64,000 nucleotides of DNA from Patescibacteria group bacterium UBA4787 (lineage in GTDB: Bacteria > Patescibacteriota > Patescibacteriia > UBA2591 > UBA4787), in NCBI GenBank assembly GCA_002402995.1, contig DHGX01000004.1, positions 246,019 through 310,018 of the forward strand. Direction: 5' to 3'. The stretch's first letter is position 1. Every line of letters starts with the position of its first letter. This document shows positions 1 to 9,473 of this stretch, piece after piece. Under the pieces are notes generated by a model. The model searched no databases and was not told the origin of the DNA. It saw only the letters and a list, made by a program, of their open reading frames with translations. The position numbers and the translations under genes are program-made.

Positions 1-1352
1 CCTGTCTTTTGACCAAAACCGAAAAGCTTTAAGTAATAATCCAGCTTTTCTATTCCTAGTCCCTTAAAATTATTATAACCGCCGCCAATATAATAAAAAA
101 AACTATTAACCGATTCGGCTAGCGCTTTAGATACATCTGTTAAACCGTGTCCGCCGTTTTTCCAATCTCCATAGAAATAAGAACCGATGGATATTCCCCC
201 TGTACTTAAAACCGTAGTTTTTTCTGTAATCACTTTTTCCTGCAATGCAACAGCGGCTATGAGCGGCTTAATTATAGAGCCTGATGGATATTCACCGGAG
301 ATCGCCCTAAAAATAAACGGTTTTTGCGGATTATTAAATAAATTATTTAAATCTGTTTTTTTTATCCCTTTAATAAAAATATTGTTGTCGTAGCTGGGCG
401 TGGAAACAAGCGCTAAAATTTCTCCATCGTCAGGATCCATAATAACCGCTGAGGCTGGTCGACCCATTCTTGAAAGATTATCAAATAATTGTTTTTGTAA
501 ATCTGCGTCAATAGTCAAAAAAATATTTTGGCCGGCTCGCGGATTGCTGACACTTAATAAATTTTTCTCTTTGCCTAATAAATCTACCTCTATCTCTTTT
601 TGCCCATTAATACCACGCAAGATATTTTCATAAAAATTTTCGACCCCTGTTCTGCCAATAAGATCGTTTATATCATATAAATTCTTATTATTTTTTAATT
701 CTGACTGGGTAATTTTGCTTAGATATCCAACGAGATGCGATACGGATGGGCCCACGGGGTATTCTCTTTTGGCTTCTGGTTCGATACTAAGGCCGGCCCA
801 AGATGCTAATTTCAATTTTAAAGAAATAGCTTTTTCATAATCTATGTCTCTTATTAAAACAATTGATCGATAAGAGGGATTATATTTATCAAATAAATTA
901 ACGATTTCTTCTCTGTCGCCATCAGGAAATAATTCTAATAATTTATCTCTGGATTCTTGTCTTTTTGCGGTATCTCTGAATAAATCTCCTGGGGTTATTT
1001 TAAGCACAAACGATGGTTTGTTGACGGCAAGAACATTGCCGTTTCGGTCATAAATATTGCCTCGATCGGCCTTAATGGTTTCGACGCGAATGCGATTTCC
1101 TTCGGCCAATCCAAGATAATAATCCCCTTTAAATATTTGCAAAAAAACGACTCGGAGAAAAATGAACAAAATAAAAATAATTATCAACAAGTCGAACAGG
1201 TTGATTTTCCTATTTTCGAGACCCTTACTCATTGATTCGTTCACGTCTGTTTCTTCCGTCAACTCACCGTCATCCCATCGCGCCTTGGCATAACCTTTCA
1301 AAGAAACATCTTTCAGTCCGTGATCGCGGTCTTTAATTATAAATGGATCCAT
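1..1352 (-). CDS. mrdA: Penicillin-binding protein 2 (peptidoglycan D,D-transpeptidase MrdA); the C-terminus lies beyond the left edge of the window
   Basis: My own minus-strand translation from the ATG at 1352 gives MDPF...MSKGLENRKINLFDLLIIIFILFIF (TM anchor)...IKADRGNIYDRNGNVLAVN...GRTGVE...AVIMDPDDGEILALVSTPSYDNN. These are the PBP dimerisation and transpeptidase N-terminal motifs. The gene sits in an mreC-mreD-mrdA arrangement. An alternative start is the ATG at 1232 (MSKG...). Confidence 0.75.
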   Translation of the reverse strand, partial: MDPFIIKDRDHGLKDVSLKGYAKARWDDGELTEETDVNESMSKGLENRKINLFDLLIIIFILFIFLRVVFLQIFKGDYYLGLAEGNRIRVETIKADRGNIYDRNGNVLAVNKPSFVLKITPGDLFRDTAKRQESRDKLLELFPDGDREEIVNLFDKYNPSYRSIVLIRDIDYEKAISLKLKLASWAGLSIEPEAKREYPVGPSVSHLVGYLSKITQSELKNNKNLYDINDLIGRTGVENFYENILRGINGQKEIEVDLLGKEKNLLSVSNPRAGQNIFLTIDADLQKQLFDNLSRMGRPASAVIMDPDDGEILALVSTPSYDNNIFIKGIKKTDLNNLFNNPQKPFIFRAISGEYPSGSIIKPLIAAVALQEKVITEKTTVLSTGGISIGSYFYGDWKNGGHGLTDVSKALAESVNSFFYYIGGGYNNFKGLGIEKLDYYLKLFGFGQKT

Positions 1353-1387
1353 TCCTGATAATTATTAATTTTTCTTGATTTTATTTG

Positions 1388-1438
1388 TGAGCAAGCGAGT
1401 AAAATGAAAATTTTATTTTCATTTCCGAGCGAGCGAAA
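1388..1438. repeat. AGCGAGCG-type direct repeats flanking an AT palindrome (gcaagcgagtaaaatgaaaattttattttcatttccgagcgagcgaaac) in the mreD-mrdA spacer
   Basis: The same architecture recurs at 50676-50720 (caagcgagcgaaaaacaaatttgtttgttcttccgagcgagcg). The half-motif aaagcgagcgaaaatg also recurs at 49315-49330. Confidence 0.45.
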
Positions 1439-1450
1439 CAAACACAGGGC

Positions 1451-1945
1451 TTAATACCCTTTATTTATATGATTTTTGCCTAACCAATACAACAAAACAG
1501 AAATTCCTAAGTTGATAAATATATATCTAATAAACCCATTAATCAGAAAATGATCAAAAGTTAATGAGCCGGATGAAGATATGAATATTAATTCTAATAT
1601 TAATTTCACCAAAAAATAAAAAATCTGGCCGATTAACAAGAAAATGACGACTGATAAAAAGATATTAAAATCAAATTTTTTCAATAAAAAATATAAAACT
1701 AAAAATAAAAATAATATCAATAAAGCGTTAAAACCAAAAAAATAAGAAGAAAATAATTCTGCAAAAAAAATAGCGCAAGGGAGAATAATAAAAATATCAG
1801 CCGAAAAAAAGATTAAACAAATGAGCAATACAATTAAATTAAAATTAATAAATAAAAAAATGGGATAAATATGAATAATCGCGGCTTGTAAAATATTACC
1901 GATTAAAAATAATAGAAATATAATAAAAATTCTCTTTAATCTCAT
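1451..1945 (-). CDS. mreD: Rod shape-determining protein MreD (small polytopic membrane protein)
   Basis: 164 aa, entirely hydrophobic multi-TM protein. It lies between mreC and mrdA, and its start overlaps the mreC TGA stop (ATGA overlap at 1942-1945). The call rests mainly on position. Confidence 0.5.
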   Translation of the reverse strand: MRLKRIFIIFLLFLIGNILQAAIIHIYPIFLFINFNLIVLLICLIFFSADIFIILPCAIFFAELFSSYFFGFNALLILFLFLVLYFLLKKFDFNIFLSVVIFLLIGQIFYFLVKLILELIFISSSGSLTFDHFLINGFIRYIFINLGISVLLYWLGKNHINKGY

Positions 1946-2712
1946 GGTTTTATAACGGAGACGATTCGCAAAGAATTAAGAGATAAAGCCGGACTAATAG
2001 TTGCTTTCTGAAATAAACTATTGGAAATATAATTAATATCAATAACGTTTCCTATTAATAACCCTCTGGGTATATTTTCTTCTAAACCTGAAGTAATAAC
2101 CATATCGTCTATTTTAATATCTTTAGCGGTGGATATAAATTCTACCTCGCAAGCTAGGCCATGTTTACCGCGCAAAAGTCCGTTAGTGGTGGCGGCTAAA
2201 TTATTTCTTTTGAAGTCTTTTTCTCCTGATATGAAATCGATGGCCGTAGAAAAACGGCTATCTAAAATAGTTATAAAATAAGATTTAGACGGAGCAACCT
2301 TAATAATGCGTCCTACCAGACAACCATTACTTACGACTGGCATATCCGGACTTAAGCCGTCGTTTGAACCAGCGCTAATAACAAACCAATCATTATCAAC
2401 ATCGACCAAATGTCCGATTACCTCGGCGGTCAATAAATGATAATTATAATTCTTTTTAAAATCTAACTCTTGTGATAAAAATTGATTCTTCGAAGCTAGA
2501 TCTCTCAGATCATAATTCTCCTTCCTTAGTCTAATTATTTCGTCCTGCAGAGCCGAACTGTGGCTGAGAGATTTATTATAAAAATATTTATAAATCGAAC
2601 TGAAAATATTAATAAAAAAATTTAGGCTGATCAAGATTAAAAAAATTGCCAAAACAGCAAAAATTAATTTGTAAACCACTAATTTTTTTTTGTTATTATC
2701 TATTATTACCAT
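1942..2712 (-). CDS. mreC: Rod shape-determining protein MreC
   Basis: 256 aa with an N-terminal TM, then a coiled-coil segment (DEIIRLRKENYDLRDL), then a beta-rich domain (VVSNGCLVGRIIKV...ITSGLEENIPRGLLIGNV) typical of MreC. It is immediately upstream of mreD and mrdA. Confidence 0.75.
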   Translation of the reverse strand: MVIIDNNKKKLVVYKLIFAVLAIFLILISLNFFINIFSSIYKYFYNKSLSHSSALQDEIIRLRKENYDLRDLASKNQFLSQELDFKKNYNYHLLTAEVIGHLVDVDNDWFVISAGSNDGLSPDMPVVSNGCLVGRIIKVAPSKSYFITILDSRFSTAIDFISGEKDFKRNNLAATTNGLLRGKHGLACEVEFISTAKDIKIDDMVITSGLEENIPRGLLIGNVIDINYISNSLFQKATISPALSLNSLRIVSVIKP

Positions 2713-4088
2713 ATTTTCATTAAATCTCGTATATTCTTGAGTTCGACCAATTCTGTTTTAAATTTTTTCTTATCAATCTTAGAGGCCAGCCCGCCTTGAC
2801 TTGGCGAGGCAGGCAAAAATACTTTTTTTATGCCAATTTTTGTCGCTTCGTTTATTCTTTGTTCTAAACTATTAACGCTTCTAATCTCGCCGCCCAAGCC
2901 AACCTCGCCCACGAAAGCCATATCGCGAGAAAATGGCTTATTCTGATAAGCCGAAATAATAGCCGCGCAAACCGCTAAATCAATCGCCGGTTCTTCAACT
3001 TTGATACCACCCACAATATTCAAATGGATATCCATAGCGCCAAGATTAAGATTAGCGCGCCTATTCAATACGGCCGCAAGGAGCTGAAGACGATTAAGAT
3101 CAAAACCATTGGAGCGTCGTTGCGGATAGCCGAAACAAGTCTTATTCACTAAAGCCTGAACTTCCACTAAAAACGGCCTGGTTCCTTCTAAAATAATTGC
3201 TATAACGTTGCCAGGCAATAATTCATTATTATTATTCAAAAAAACTTGCGAAGGATTCAGAACCTCCTTTAAACCTGAATCTTGCATTTCAAAAACTCCT
3301 ACCTCGTTAGTAGCGCCAAAACGATTTTTAATAGCTCGCAAAAGCCTGAATTGATGATAGGGGTCGCCCTCTAAATACAAAACCGTATCAACTAAATGTT
3401 CTAAGGTTTTAGGCCCGGCCACCATGCCCTCTTTAGTAACATGACCGGTAATAAAAATCGGAATATTATTTCTTTTGGCCACTTCTAATATTTTTGAGGT
3501 GCAAGCGCGCACCTGATTAATACTGCCTGCTTCTGACGGCAAACCGCTGAAGAACATCGTTTGGATAGAATCAATAATGGCGATTTTTGGTTTGTTCTTT
3601 TCAATCGTGCCGCAAATAACCTCTATATTTGTTTCTCCCAGAAAAGAAAGATGTTCGTCGTTTAAACCTAAGCGGTCGATACGCATTTTAATTTGCTCGC
3701 AGGATTCCTCGCCAGAAACATACAAAGCCACATCATCGTTATCGTTGAAAGCCCGACCACAGACAATCTGTAAAACTAAAGTGCTTTTGCCAATGCCCGG
3801 CTCGCCACCTAATAAAATTAAAGAACCTGGAACAATGCCGCCGCCCAAAACACAATCTAATTCTTTAATTTGAGTTTGTATTCTAATAAAATTTTGCGCT
3901 TTAATACCGGAAAAACTGATCGCTTCGCTGGCCAAAGAAGATAATTTCTTTTTCTTGGTCTCGCTTGAATCCTCGGAAACCTGCATAACAGTTCCCCAGC
4001 TGCCACACTCGGAACACTGTCCGAGCCAGCGCGGAAATTGCGCCTCGCATTTAGAGCAGATAAAAATTAATTTATTTTTTAAAGCCAT
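2706..4088 (-). CDS. radA: DNA repair protein RadA/Sms
   Basis: 460 aa. N-terminal C4 zinc ribbon (CSKCEAQFPRWLGQCSECGSWGT), Walker A GEPGIGKST, the KNRFG motif, and a C-terminal Lon-protease-like domain. Confidence 0.9.
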   Translation of the reverse strand: MALKNKLIFICSKCEAQFPRWLGQCSECGSWGTVMQVSEDSSETKKKKLSSLASEAISFSGIKAQNFIRIQTQIKELDCVLGGGIVPGSLILLGGEPGIGKSTLVLQIVCGRAFNDNDDVALYVSGEESCEQIKMRIDRLGLNDEHLSFLGETNIEVICGTIEKNKPKIAIIDSIQTMFFSGLPSEAGSINQVRACTSKILEVAKRNNIPIFITGHVTKEGMVAGPKTLEHLVDTVLYLEGDPYHQFRLLRAIKNRFGATNEVGVFEMQDSGLKEVLNPSQVFLNNNNELLPGNVIAIILEGTRPFLVEVQALVNKTCFGYPQRRSNGFDLNRLQLLAAVLNRRANLNLGAMDIHLNIVGGIKVEEPAIDLAVCAAIISAYQNKPFSRDMAFVGEVGLGGEIRSVNSLEQRINEATKIGIKKVFLPASPSQGGLASKIDKKKFKTELVELKNIRDLMKIW

Positions 4089-4126
4089 AAATAATTAATA
4101 TTCGCTATATCAAAATCAATAAAATA

Positions 4127-5188
4127 TCAGAAAAAATTATAAAATTTAACACGACTTAAATGTTCTTTTAAAGAATCAATTGTTATCGAAGTTAATCCGA
4201 TTCTACTAGGATCAATAACATTGATATTATTACCGTTTTTCCCGGCTAAAACAACGTAATGCCCGCCGCAAAAACATATCCCTTCGCCACATTTACTGTT
4301 TTGGCAATGACCGGGCACTGGGAGCTTTCTTATGGAAACAACCAACCAGCTACCATTATCTAAACCTTGCATAGCTTTGGCAAAATCATTTACCGTTTGT
4401 TCTCTGACTCCCCATTTTTGAGCAGCTTTGGGAGCCAACAGTTCAACATTTGTTCCGCCGCTACAATCTTTTCTTGCTCCAACTTCAATGGCATATTCAC
4501 CAACATCGCGAGGCGTAACTGATATTTCCTTGCTAGCCAAGACTATAGCCAAAGCCGTGGCGCCGCAACCAGAACTGCATAAATTACATTCTCGATTATT
4601 CTCTTCGGTATAAGCCATACTGCCCCATCGCGCATCGCATTGTTTATAATATAAACCTGCGCTTGTTTGATCGGCGATGCCATCATCAGATAATTCGCCG
4701 TCAATCGGCTCGTATTTAACTGTATACAAAGCAAGCGGTCGTAAAATAGTTAAGTTGGGATTAATGAAACCCAAAAAAAGACTAATACTTAGAATAATTA
4801 TCAAGCCCATAAAAGCGCCGGAGATTCTGGCTTTAGCGTTACTGATAGCTGGCGCGTTTCCACGCGACAAAACCCATTGAAAACCGGCAAACATAATCAT
4901 CACCACGGCCAGAATGGCTATCACGGCAACCGACCATTTATAAACAGCGATAACATAATCTCCTATCCAAGAATAGGCTATGTTGCCTTCTGTTGTAACA
5001 GGTGATTTGAATCCGCCAAAGCCCGGTATTTCAATTTGGAGGCGAGGTGTTACGATTTTTTTCTGATTTTGCGGCTGAATATTTGAATCCGTATCAGCTT
5101 TAGCCGCCTGAAACAAACAGAAAAAAACAATTATTGATAAAACAACAATTAATAATATAAATAAAAGATTTATTCGTTTGAAAAGCAT
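4127..5188 (-). CDS. TrbC/VirB2-like pilin-fold membrane protein fused to a C-terminal C39-like (papain-fold) peptidase domain
   Basis: 353 aa. A signal/TM segment is followed by two long hydrophobic helices separated by a short basic loop (YKWSVAVIAILAVVMIMFAGFQWVLSRGN...ISGAFMGLIIILSISLFLGFINPNL), which is the VirB2/TrbC pilin hairpin architecture. The C-terminal domain has Q..W..CNLCSSGCGATALAIVLA (catalytic Cys context of Peptidase_C39_2) and a later GGHYVVLAG His motif. A paralogue lies at 6586-7815. Confidence 0.5.
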   Translation of the reverse strand: MLFKRINLLFILLIVVLSIIVFFCLFQAAKADTDSNIQPQNQKKIVTPRLQIEIPGFGGFKSPVTTEGNIAYSWIGDYVIAVYKWSVAVIAILAVVMIMFAGFQWVLSRGNAPAISNAKARISGAFMGLIIILSISLFLGFINPNLTILRPLALYTVKYEPIDGELSDDGIADQTSAGLYYKQCDARWGSMAYTEENNRECNLCSSGCGATALAIVLASKEISVTPRDVGEYAIEVGARKDCSGGTNVELLAPKAAQKWGVREQTVNDFAKAMQGLDNGSWLVVSIRKLPVPGHCQNSKCGEGICFCGGHYVVLAGKNGNNINVIDPSRIGLTSITIDSLKEHLSRVKFYNFF

Positions 5189-5193
5189 ATAAT

Positions 5194-6486
5194 CTATTTC
5201 AATTTGATTGATTTCAAGTATGATGTATCTTTATCAACAAAATATAACGTGCTTTCGTCTGACGAAAGATAAAGGTTAGTAGTATTATAACTGCCCAACG
5301 CCCCTTCGGCCAAAAATGAAACTACTCCTGTTTTAAGATCAACGCGATAAAAATCGTCTTTGGCGTCATCTGCCAATTCTCGAAAAAGACCGGATCCATC
5401 CGGCAAGTTTTTCGGCACCGCGCAATATAAAGAAGCGCCGCTCGCGTTAAAAACGCATTTATCGGCCCAAGTATTTAAATTAGTGGCGATTTTATTGGCT
5501 CCGGTATTGTCGCCGCCTGTCGCATCCACAACATATAAACTGGGCCTAAAACCATTAACACTGGTATAAACGCTGTAAGCGATCTTATCTCCCTGGGGCG
5601 CCCATTCTGGCAAAAATCCCCTGCCTTCAACAATAATTGATTTATAATTTTCTCTATTCTGACCAACCAATAGAATCTCTTGTTGCCAACCGTCTCGCGG
5701 TTCACCGGTTTTAGAAAAAGCCACTACTTGACCGGCTGGCGACCAATTAACGATCACCTTGTCAGCGTTATCGCCCATTGCTTCAATCGGCGTAACTCTT
5801 GTGCCGTCGGGATTAGATACGGCCAGCCAGCGATTTTCGGGAAACTGACTATCTAGCTTAAAAGCTAAACGCGAGCCGACAGAATTCCAAGAAAATTCCG
5901 ACCAATTTTGCGGCAAAGTATATTGCTTGTCTTTGGAAAAATCATACATAATTTTAAAACCATCCGGATATTCAATAACCGCGCGATCCTTGGTCGGCGC
6001 CCAGCTGACATTTTTAACGTCAAAAAATTGTTTTTGGGAAATTAAAGTTTTTTGACCGTTTTGGTCCAGCTTATAAAATCGACTGTCGCTGCTATTATAA
6101 TAAATATTACCCATACCATCTAAAGATGGAGACAAAAAACCAACGGGATCTGCGCCCACCGGATTAATCCACGTTCTTCCACCTTCGGCGATGTCGGAAA
6201 TTTGCGGCGTCACAGGCTCTTCTTCCGGTACTGCTGGCGTCACCAGTTCTTCTTCTCCGGGCCAAACATTAAGGGGTAATCCCCTTCTAGCTTTTTCAGA
6301 AATAGACATCTGTTCCCAAGCTTCTCGTGTTACCGGTAACTTAGTAACCTGGATCGGAGTTACGACTTCTGTCGGTTGAATCGATGGTTCAGCCGCCCGA
6401 AAGAAAAAATAATACAGCAAAAAACCTATAACTACTACAAGTAAAATAAAACCAATAACTATTAATATCTTTTTTTTAGGAAACAT
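5194..6486 (-). CDS. Membrane-anchored hypothetical protein with a Pro/Glu-rich linker and a probable TolB-like beta-propeller domain
   Basis: 430 aa. N-terminal TM (KKKILIVIGFILLVVVIGFLLYYFFF), a PEEEPVTP linker, then repetitive beta-strand-rich segments (YYNSSDSRFYKLDQNGQ; WAPQGDKIAYSVY; STLYFVDKDT) reminiscent of PD40/TolB repeats. There is no catalytic signature. Confidence 0.35.
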   Translation of the reverse strand: MFPKKKILIVIGFILLVVVIGFLLYYFFFRAAEPSIQPTEVVTPIQVTKLPVTREAWEQMSISEKARRGLPLNVWPGEEELVTPAVPEEEPVTPQISDIAEGGRTWINPVGADPVGFLSPSLDGMGNIYYNSSDSRFYKLDQNGQKTLISQKQFFDVKNVSWAPTKDRAVIEYPDGFKIMYDFSKDKQYTLPQNWSEFSWNSVGSRLAFKLDSQFPENRWLAVSNPDGTRVTPIEAMGDNADKVIVNWSPAGQVVAFSKTGEPRDGWQQEILLVGQNRENYKSIIVEGRGFLPEWAPQGDKIAYSVYTSVNGFRPSLYVVDATGGDNTGANKIATNLNTWADKCVFNASGASLYCAVPKNLPDGSGLFRELADDAKDDFYRVDLKTGVVSFLAEGALGSYNTTNLYLSSDESTLYFVDKDTSYLKSIKLK

Positions 6487-6585
6487 AATGAATTAGAATT
6501 TAGAAAGTAGAAAATAAAATTAAAATATAAAATAAAAACAAAAAATAGAAAGTATGAATTAGAATTTATAATTTAGATTATTAAA

Positions 6586-7815
6586 TTAACGTAGAGACCA
6601 ACCAGTTCCTGGCTTAAAACAACAAATTCTTTTAGTTGGATCAAACCCATCGCCACAATCGGCAATATTAAGCCCCCCCGAACTTTCACAGACACTACAT
6701 AATTCTCTTTTTTCGTCTAAGTTACAACTTTTATCAGGATAAGGAGTGCACTTATTTTTAGAAAAATATCTATCTCCTGTTTCTGTTCCTGTTAATTTAA
6801 CGGTTACATAAGTGCAACCTTTTCGGGAGTGAACGACATCAAAAACTGACCCACTGCAACGCGTTCCTATTTGATTAGGAACAAAAGCGCTGGACGCAAT
6901 CATTGCTACAGGACCCAAAGGAGCAGCCACAAAAAAAGTATCAGCGCTTTGGCCGCAACTAAACTCATTGAGATCAACCTCTGGACCGCCGATAAAATAG
7001 TTTTTTAGCCCAGTTCCGTCTTCCTTAGCTAATGAAATCGTACCCGCCAACCTACATTCTGCTTTTTTAACATTATATTTAGTAGTAATATCTGGAGTCT
7101 TAGGATCCTTGGCGACATCTTCTCGCCATTTTAAGATATCAGACTGGGACACTTCAAGGTTTAATTCGCAAATAGTTCCAGCGCCGCACTCTGTACCAAT
7201 TACTTTCTGTAGTTGTCCATCGGAGGTAGTGACCATAGTGGAAACGCCGCACATCCGAGCGCCGATACGCGCATAAGCGCCTGGCTCACCAGACGGAGGG
7301 GTTGTCGTGAGGTCAAGGGGTTTATACCAACTAAATTGGGTCAATCGAATCGGAATATCCGTTGAAGCAATCTCGCGGGCAACGGGTTTAATCGTCAAGT
7401 CTTTAAATATGACCAAATTAGGATTAATAAAACTCAAAAAAGCATAAGCAAAAATAATAATCACTAAGCCCACTAAGGCGCTGGTGATCTGCGACTTAGC
7501 GCTGGTGATCGCGCTCACATTACCTCGACTGGTGATCATTTTAAAACCGGCCACCATAATCATTACTACGGCTAAAATAGCTACGGCGCTGATACCCCAT
7601 TTATAAGCCGCGATAATATAATCTCCGATACTTCGGCCTGTAATAGCGAAAAACGAACCTCCTTGTATTTTTGTTCCCGGAATAGTAACCTGTGGTATAA
7701 AATTAACGCCGCCGCTAGTTGGATTAGTTTGGGCTAAAACCGGTAAACTTAAAACGAGAAATAACAAGAAAAACAGTGTTACTAAAAAATAAATTTTTCT
7801 GTTTCGTAGGTTCAT
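6586..7815 (-). CDS. TrbC/VirB2-like pilin-fold membrane protein with a Cys-rich C-terminal extracellular extension (paralogue of 4127-5188)
   Basis: 409 aa. It has the same N-terminal module as 4127-5188 (GDYIIAAYKWGISAVAILAVVMIMVAGFKMITSRGN...ITSALVGLVIIIFAYAFLSFINPNL). The C-terminal roughly 250 aa contain many Cys (CGVS, CGAG, CSGS, CSVCESS, CGDGFDPTKRICC) but lack the C39 signature. Confidence 0.45.
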   Translation of the reverse strand: MNLRNRKIYFLVTLFFLLFLVLSLPVLAQTNPTSGGVNFIPQVTIPGTKIQGGSFFAITGRSIGDYIIAAYKWGISAVAILAVVMIMVAGFKMITSRGNVSAITSAKSQITSALVGLVIIIFAYAFLSFINPNLVIFKDLTIKPVAREIASTDIPIRLTQFSWYKPLDLTTTPPSGEPGAYARIGARMCGVSTMVTTSDGQLQKVIGTECGAGTICELNLEVSQSDILKWREDVAKDPKTPDITTKYNVKKAECRLAGTISLAKEDGTGLKNYFIGGPEVDLNEFSCGQSADTFFVAAPLGPVAMIASSAFVPNQIGTRCSGSVFDVVHSRKGCTYVTVKLTGTETGDRYFSKNKCTPYPDKSCNLDEKRELCSVCESSGGLNIADCGDGFDPTKRICCFKPGTGWSLR

Positions 7816-7978
7816 GGCATTAAAATTATCAACTAATTTACGAATCCTTTATTTACCCCGTTAGAAGTCTGTCTTTATACGATTAAACACCGCCCTCGGA
7901 CAGACTTATGTTCTTTGGTTTACCCTCGTTAGTGTCCACAAAAAATTTTTTATCAAAAAAATTTTTTGTCAAGGACTT

Positions 7979-8836
7979 CTAACGGGGTTTAAATAAATCG
8001 CCTATCGCTTTTAACCCAATTTCTATTGCTTCTAACGGGTGTGTCATATAATAAATATAAACTAAACAAATAAAAATAGCGAACAAAACAATTAAATTAC
8101 ATAAGATTACAACCCAAATCTCTAAAAGTTCTAAGGCGCCACCAACTTGTTTCGTTAAACCGGCACTGGATGACCCTCCATCACCTGCCATATCCTTGCC
8201 CATGGTAGCGCCAGTCTTGCTTGCCGTAGCCGCTGCTGCGGACGTCCCAGTCTTCAACCCACCGCCGCCGCCTTGCCACTCTTCGCCATAACGGCAGAAA
8301 TACTCTGATTTAAAAACATAACGCATAATGCCGTGAAAGTTTATATAAATCAATGGCAGAACATAATAAACAACTTTCCAGCATGCGGCTAAAGCCTTGG
8401 CCGTGCCCATTTGAGCGCCTTGTTTTAATTTATTCGTTACCTGCCCCTCATCTTGAGACAATCTCTCTTCCTCTCCGCCAAGTTTTAACGAGTCTTTGGT
8501 TTTTTGTCTGGCTAAAACTTTGGCTGATGACTCGCCTTGTCGCTGAAGCTCTAGTCGCCATCGTAGCTCCGACGAAACGGGCTCACCTCTCTGGCTCGAT
8601 TCTTCTGTTCCGCCCTCTTCAATCGCGTCATCTTCGGATCCTTCCGCCTCGTTCTGTGGCTCTGATTCTTCGCGCCCCTCCTGCCTCCTACTTAAAAGAT
8701 CTGGCAAATTATCGGTTATACTATTGCGCAGAAATTTTGGCATTTGGCCAATATTGACTCCCGCGCCTTGAAGTCTAGCGGTTGTCTTTTGGCGTTCGAG
8801 ATCGCGGACAATTCTATTTTCATTAACAGGGTTCAT
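7979..8836 (-). CDS. Hypothetical protein with an acidic N-terminal region, a Gly/Ala/Thr-rich low-complexity segment and a C-terminal TM anchor
   Basis: 285 aa ORF in the same operon as the VirB4 homologue. C-terminal hydrophobic helix WVVILCNLIVLFAIFICLVYIYY. No recognisable domain. Confidence 0.3.
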   Translation of the reverse strand: MNPVNENRIVRDLERQKTTARLQGAGVNIGQMPKFLRNSITDNLPDLLSRRQEGREESEPQNEAEGSEDDAIEEGGTEESSQRGEPVSSELRWRLELQRQGESSAKVLARQKTKDSLKLGGEEERLSQDEGQVTNKLKQGAQMGTAKALAACWKVVYYVLPLIYINFHGIMRYVFKSEYFCRYGEEWQGGGGGLKTGTSAAAATASKTGATMGKDMAGDGGSSSAGLTKQVGGALELLEIWVVILCNLIVLFAIFICLVYIYYMTHPLEAIEIGLKAIGDLFKPR

Positions 8837-8869
8837 TCAAATCAAAATATATTAATTTTTAAAAAAGAA

Positions 8870-9433
8870 CTAATCTTTGTTAGAAAAAACAATATCGTCA
8901 ATCTTCCATCCTATAGATTCTTTAACGAAATACAAAACCGCGTTTTTATAAAAAATACTTACTTTGCCACCTATAGTCTCTGTCTGCTGACAAACGGCCT
9001 CGAAAACAGCGTTATTTCCTTCTATTTTTTGCCAATTATAAGAAATAACCTTGGTAATAATCTCTTGAAAATCGATTTTATTTTGATTAACAACTGCTTC
9101 GCTCTGTTTTATTAATTTCGACGTCATAGATTCAGACAACTCTTGAAGATTGATAATCGCGTTTTCTTTAGTATAACTTCCATAACGCTCAATAAACGAA
9201 CGAGCGATGGGCGTTAATTCGTTTTTGGTTATTTCTTCCGCGCTTAATAACGGCAGTTTATTCTCCGCTATTGATCCGTTGGTAGGAACATTCTGCTGAT
9301 TATTGGCTAAATTATCTTGCACGCGGATCTCTTTGGGCGCGGATTTTTCAGAATACCACAAACTGAGAAGATAAATTCCCAATCCTAAAACAGCGATAGC
9401 TAAAGCAATAATTAAAATTTTCTTTTTGGACAT
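8870..9433 (-). CDS. Hypothetical N-terminally anchored protein
   Basis: 187 aa. N-terminal TM (ILIIALAIAVLGLGIYLLSLWY). No recognisable catalytic motifs. Located in the T4SS-like locus. Confidence 0.3.
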   Translation of the reverse strand: MSKKKILIIALAIAVLGLGIYLLSLWYSEKSAPKEIRVQDNLANNQQNVPTNGSIAENKLPLLSAEEITKNELTPIARSFIERYGSYTKENAIINLQELSESMTSKLIKQSEAVVNQNKIDFQEIITKVISYNWQKIEGNNAVFEAVCQQTETIGGKVSIFYKNAVLYFVKESIGWKIDDIVFSNKD

Positions 9434-9473
9434 AGTTATATAAATTACGAATTACTAATTAATAATTACGAAT

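Noticed and set aside
3577-3873. Many short plus-strand ORFs nested inside long minus-strand genes. Examples are 3577-3873, 8353-8757, 16688-16873, 19187-19522, 20307-20762, 24473-24799, 39825-40145, 50066-50338 and 55205-55564. There are also minus-strand ORFs in alternative frames, such as 20335-20676 and 17911-18198.
   Set aside because: They are antisense to, or out of frame within, genes with strong homology signatures. They have low-complexity or composition-driven translations, and none has motifs. I treat them as spurious.
6487-6585. Checked whether the TAGAAAGTAGAAAATAGAA-type repeats could be a degenerate CRISPR array.
   Set aside because: The units are irregular in length and spacing. 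There are no unique spacers between constant repeats and no cas genes. They are dispersed in gene leaders, not clustered.
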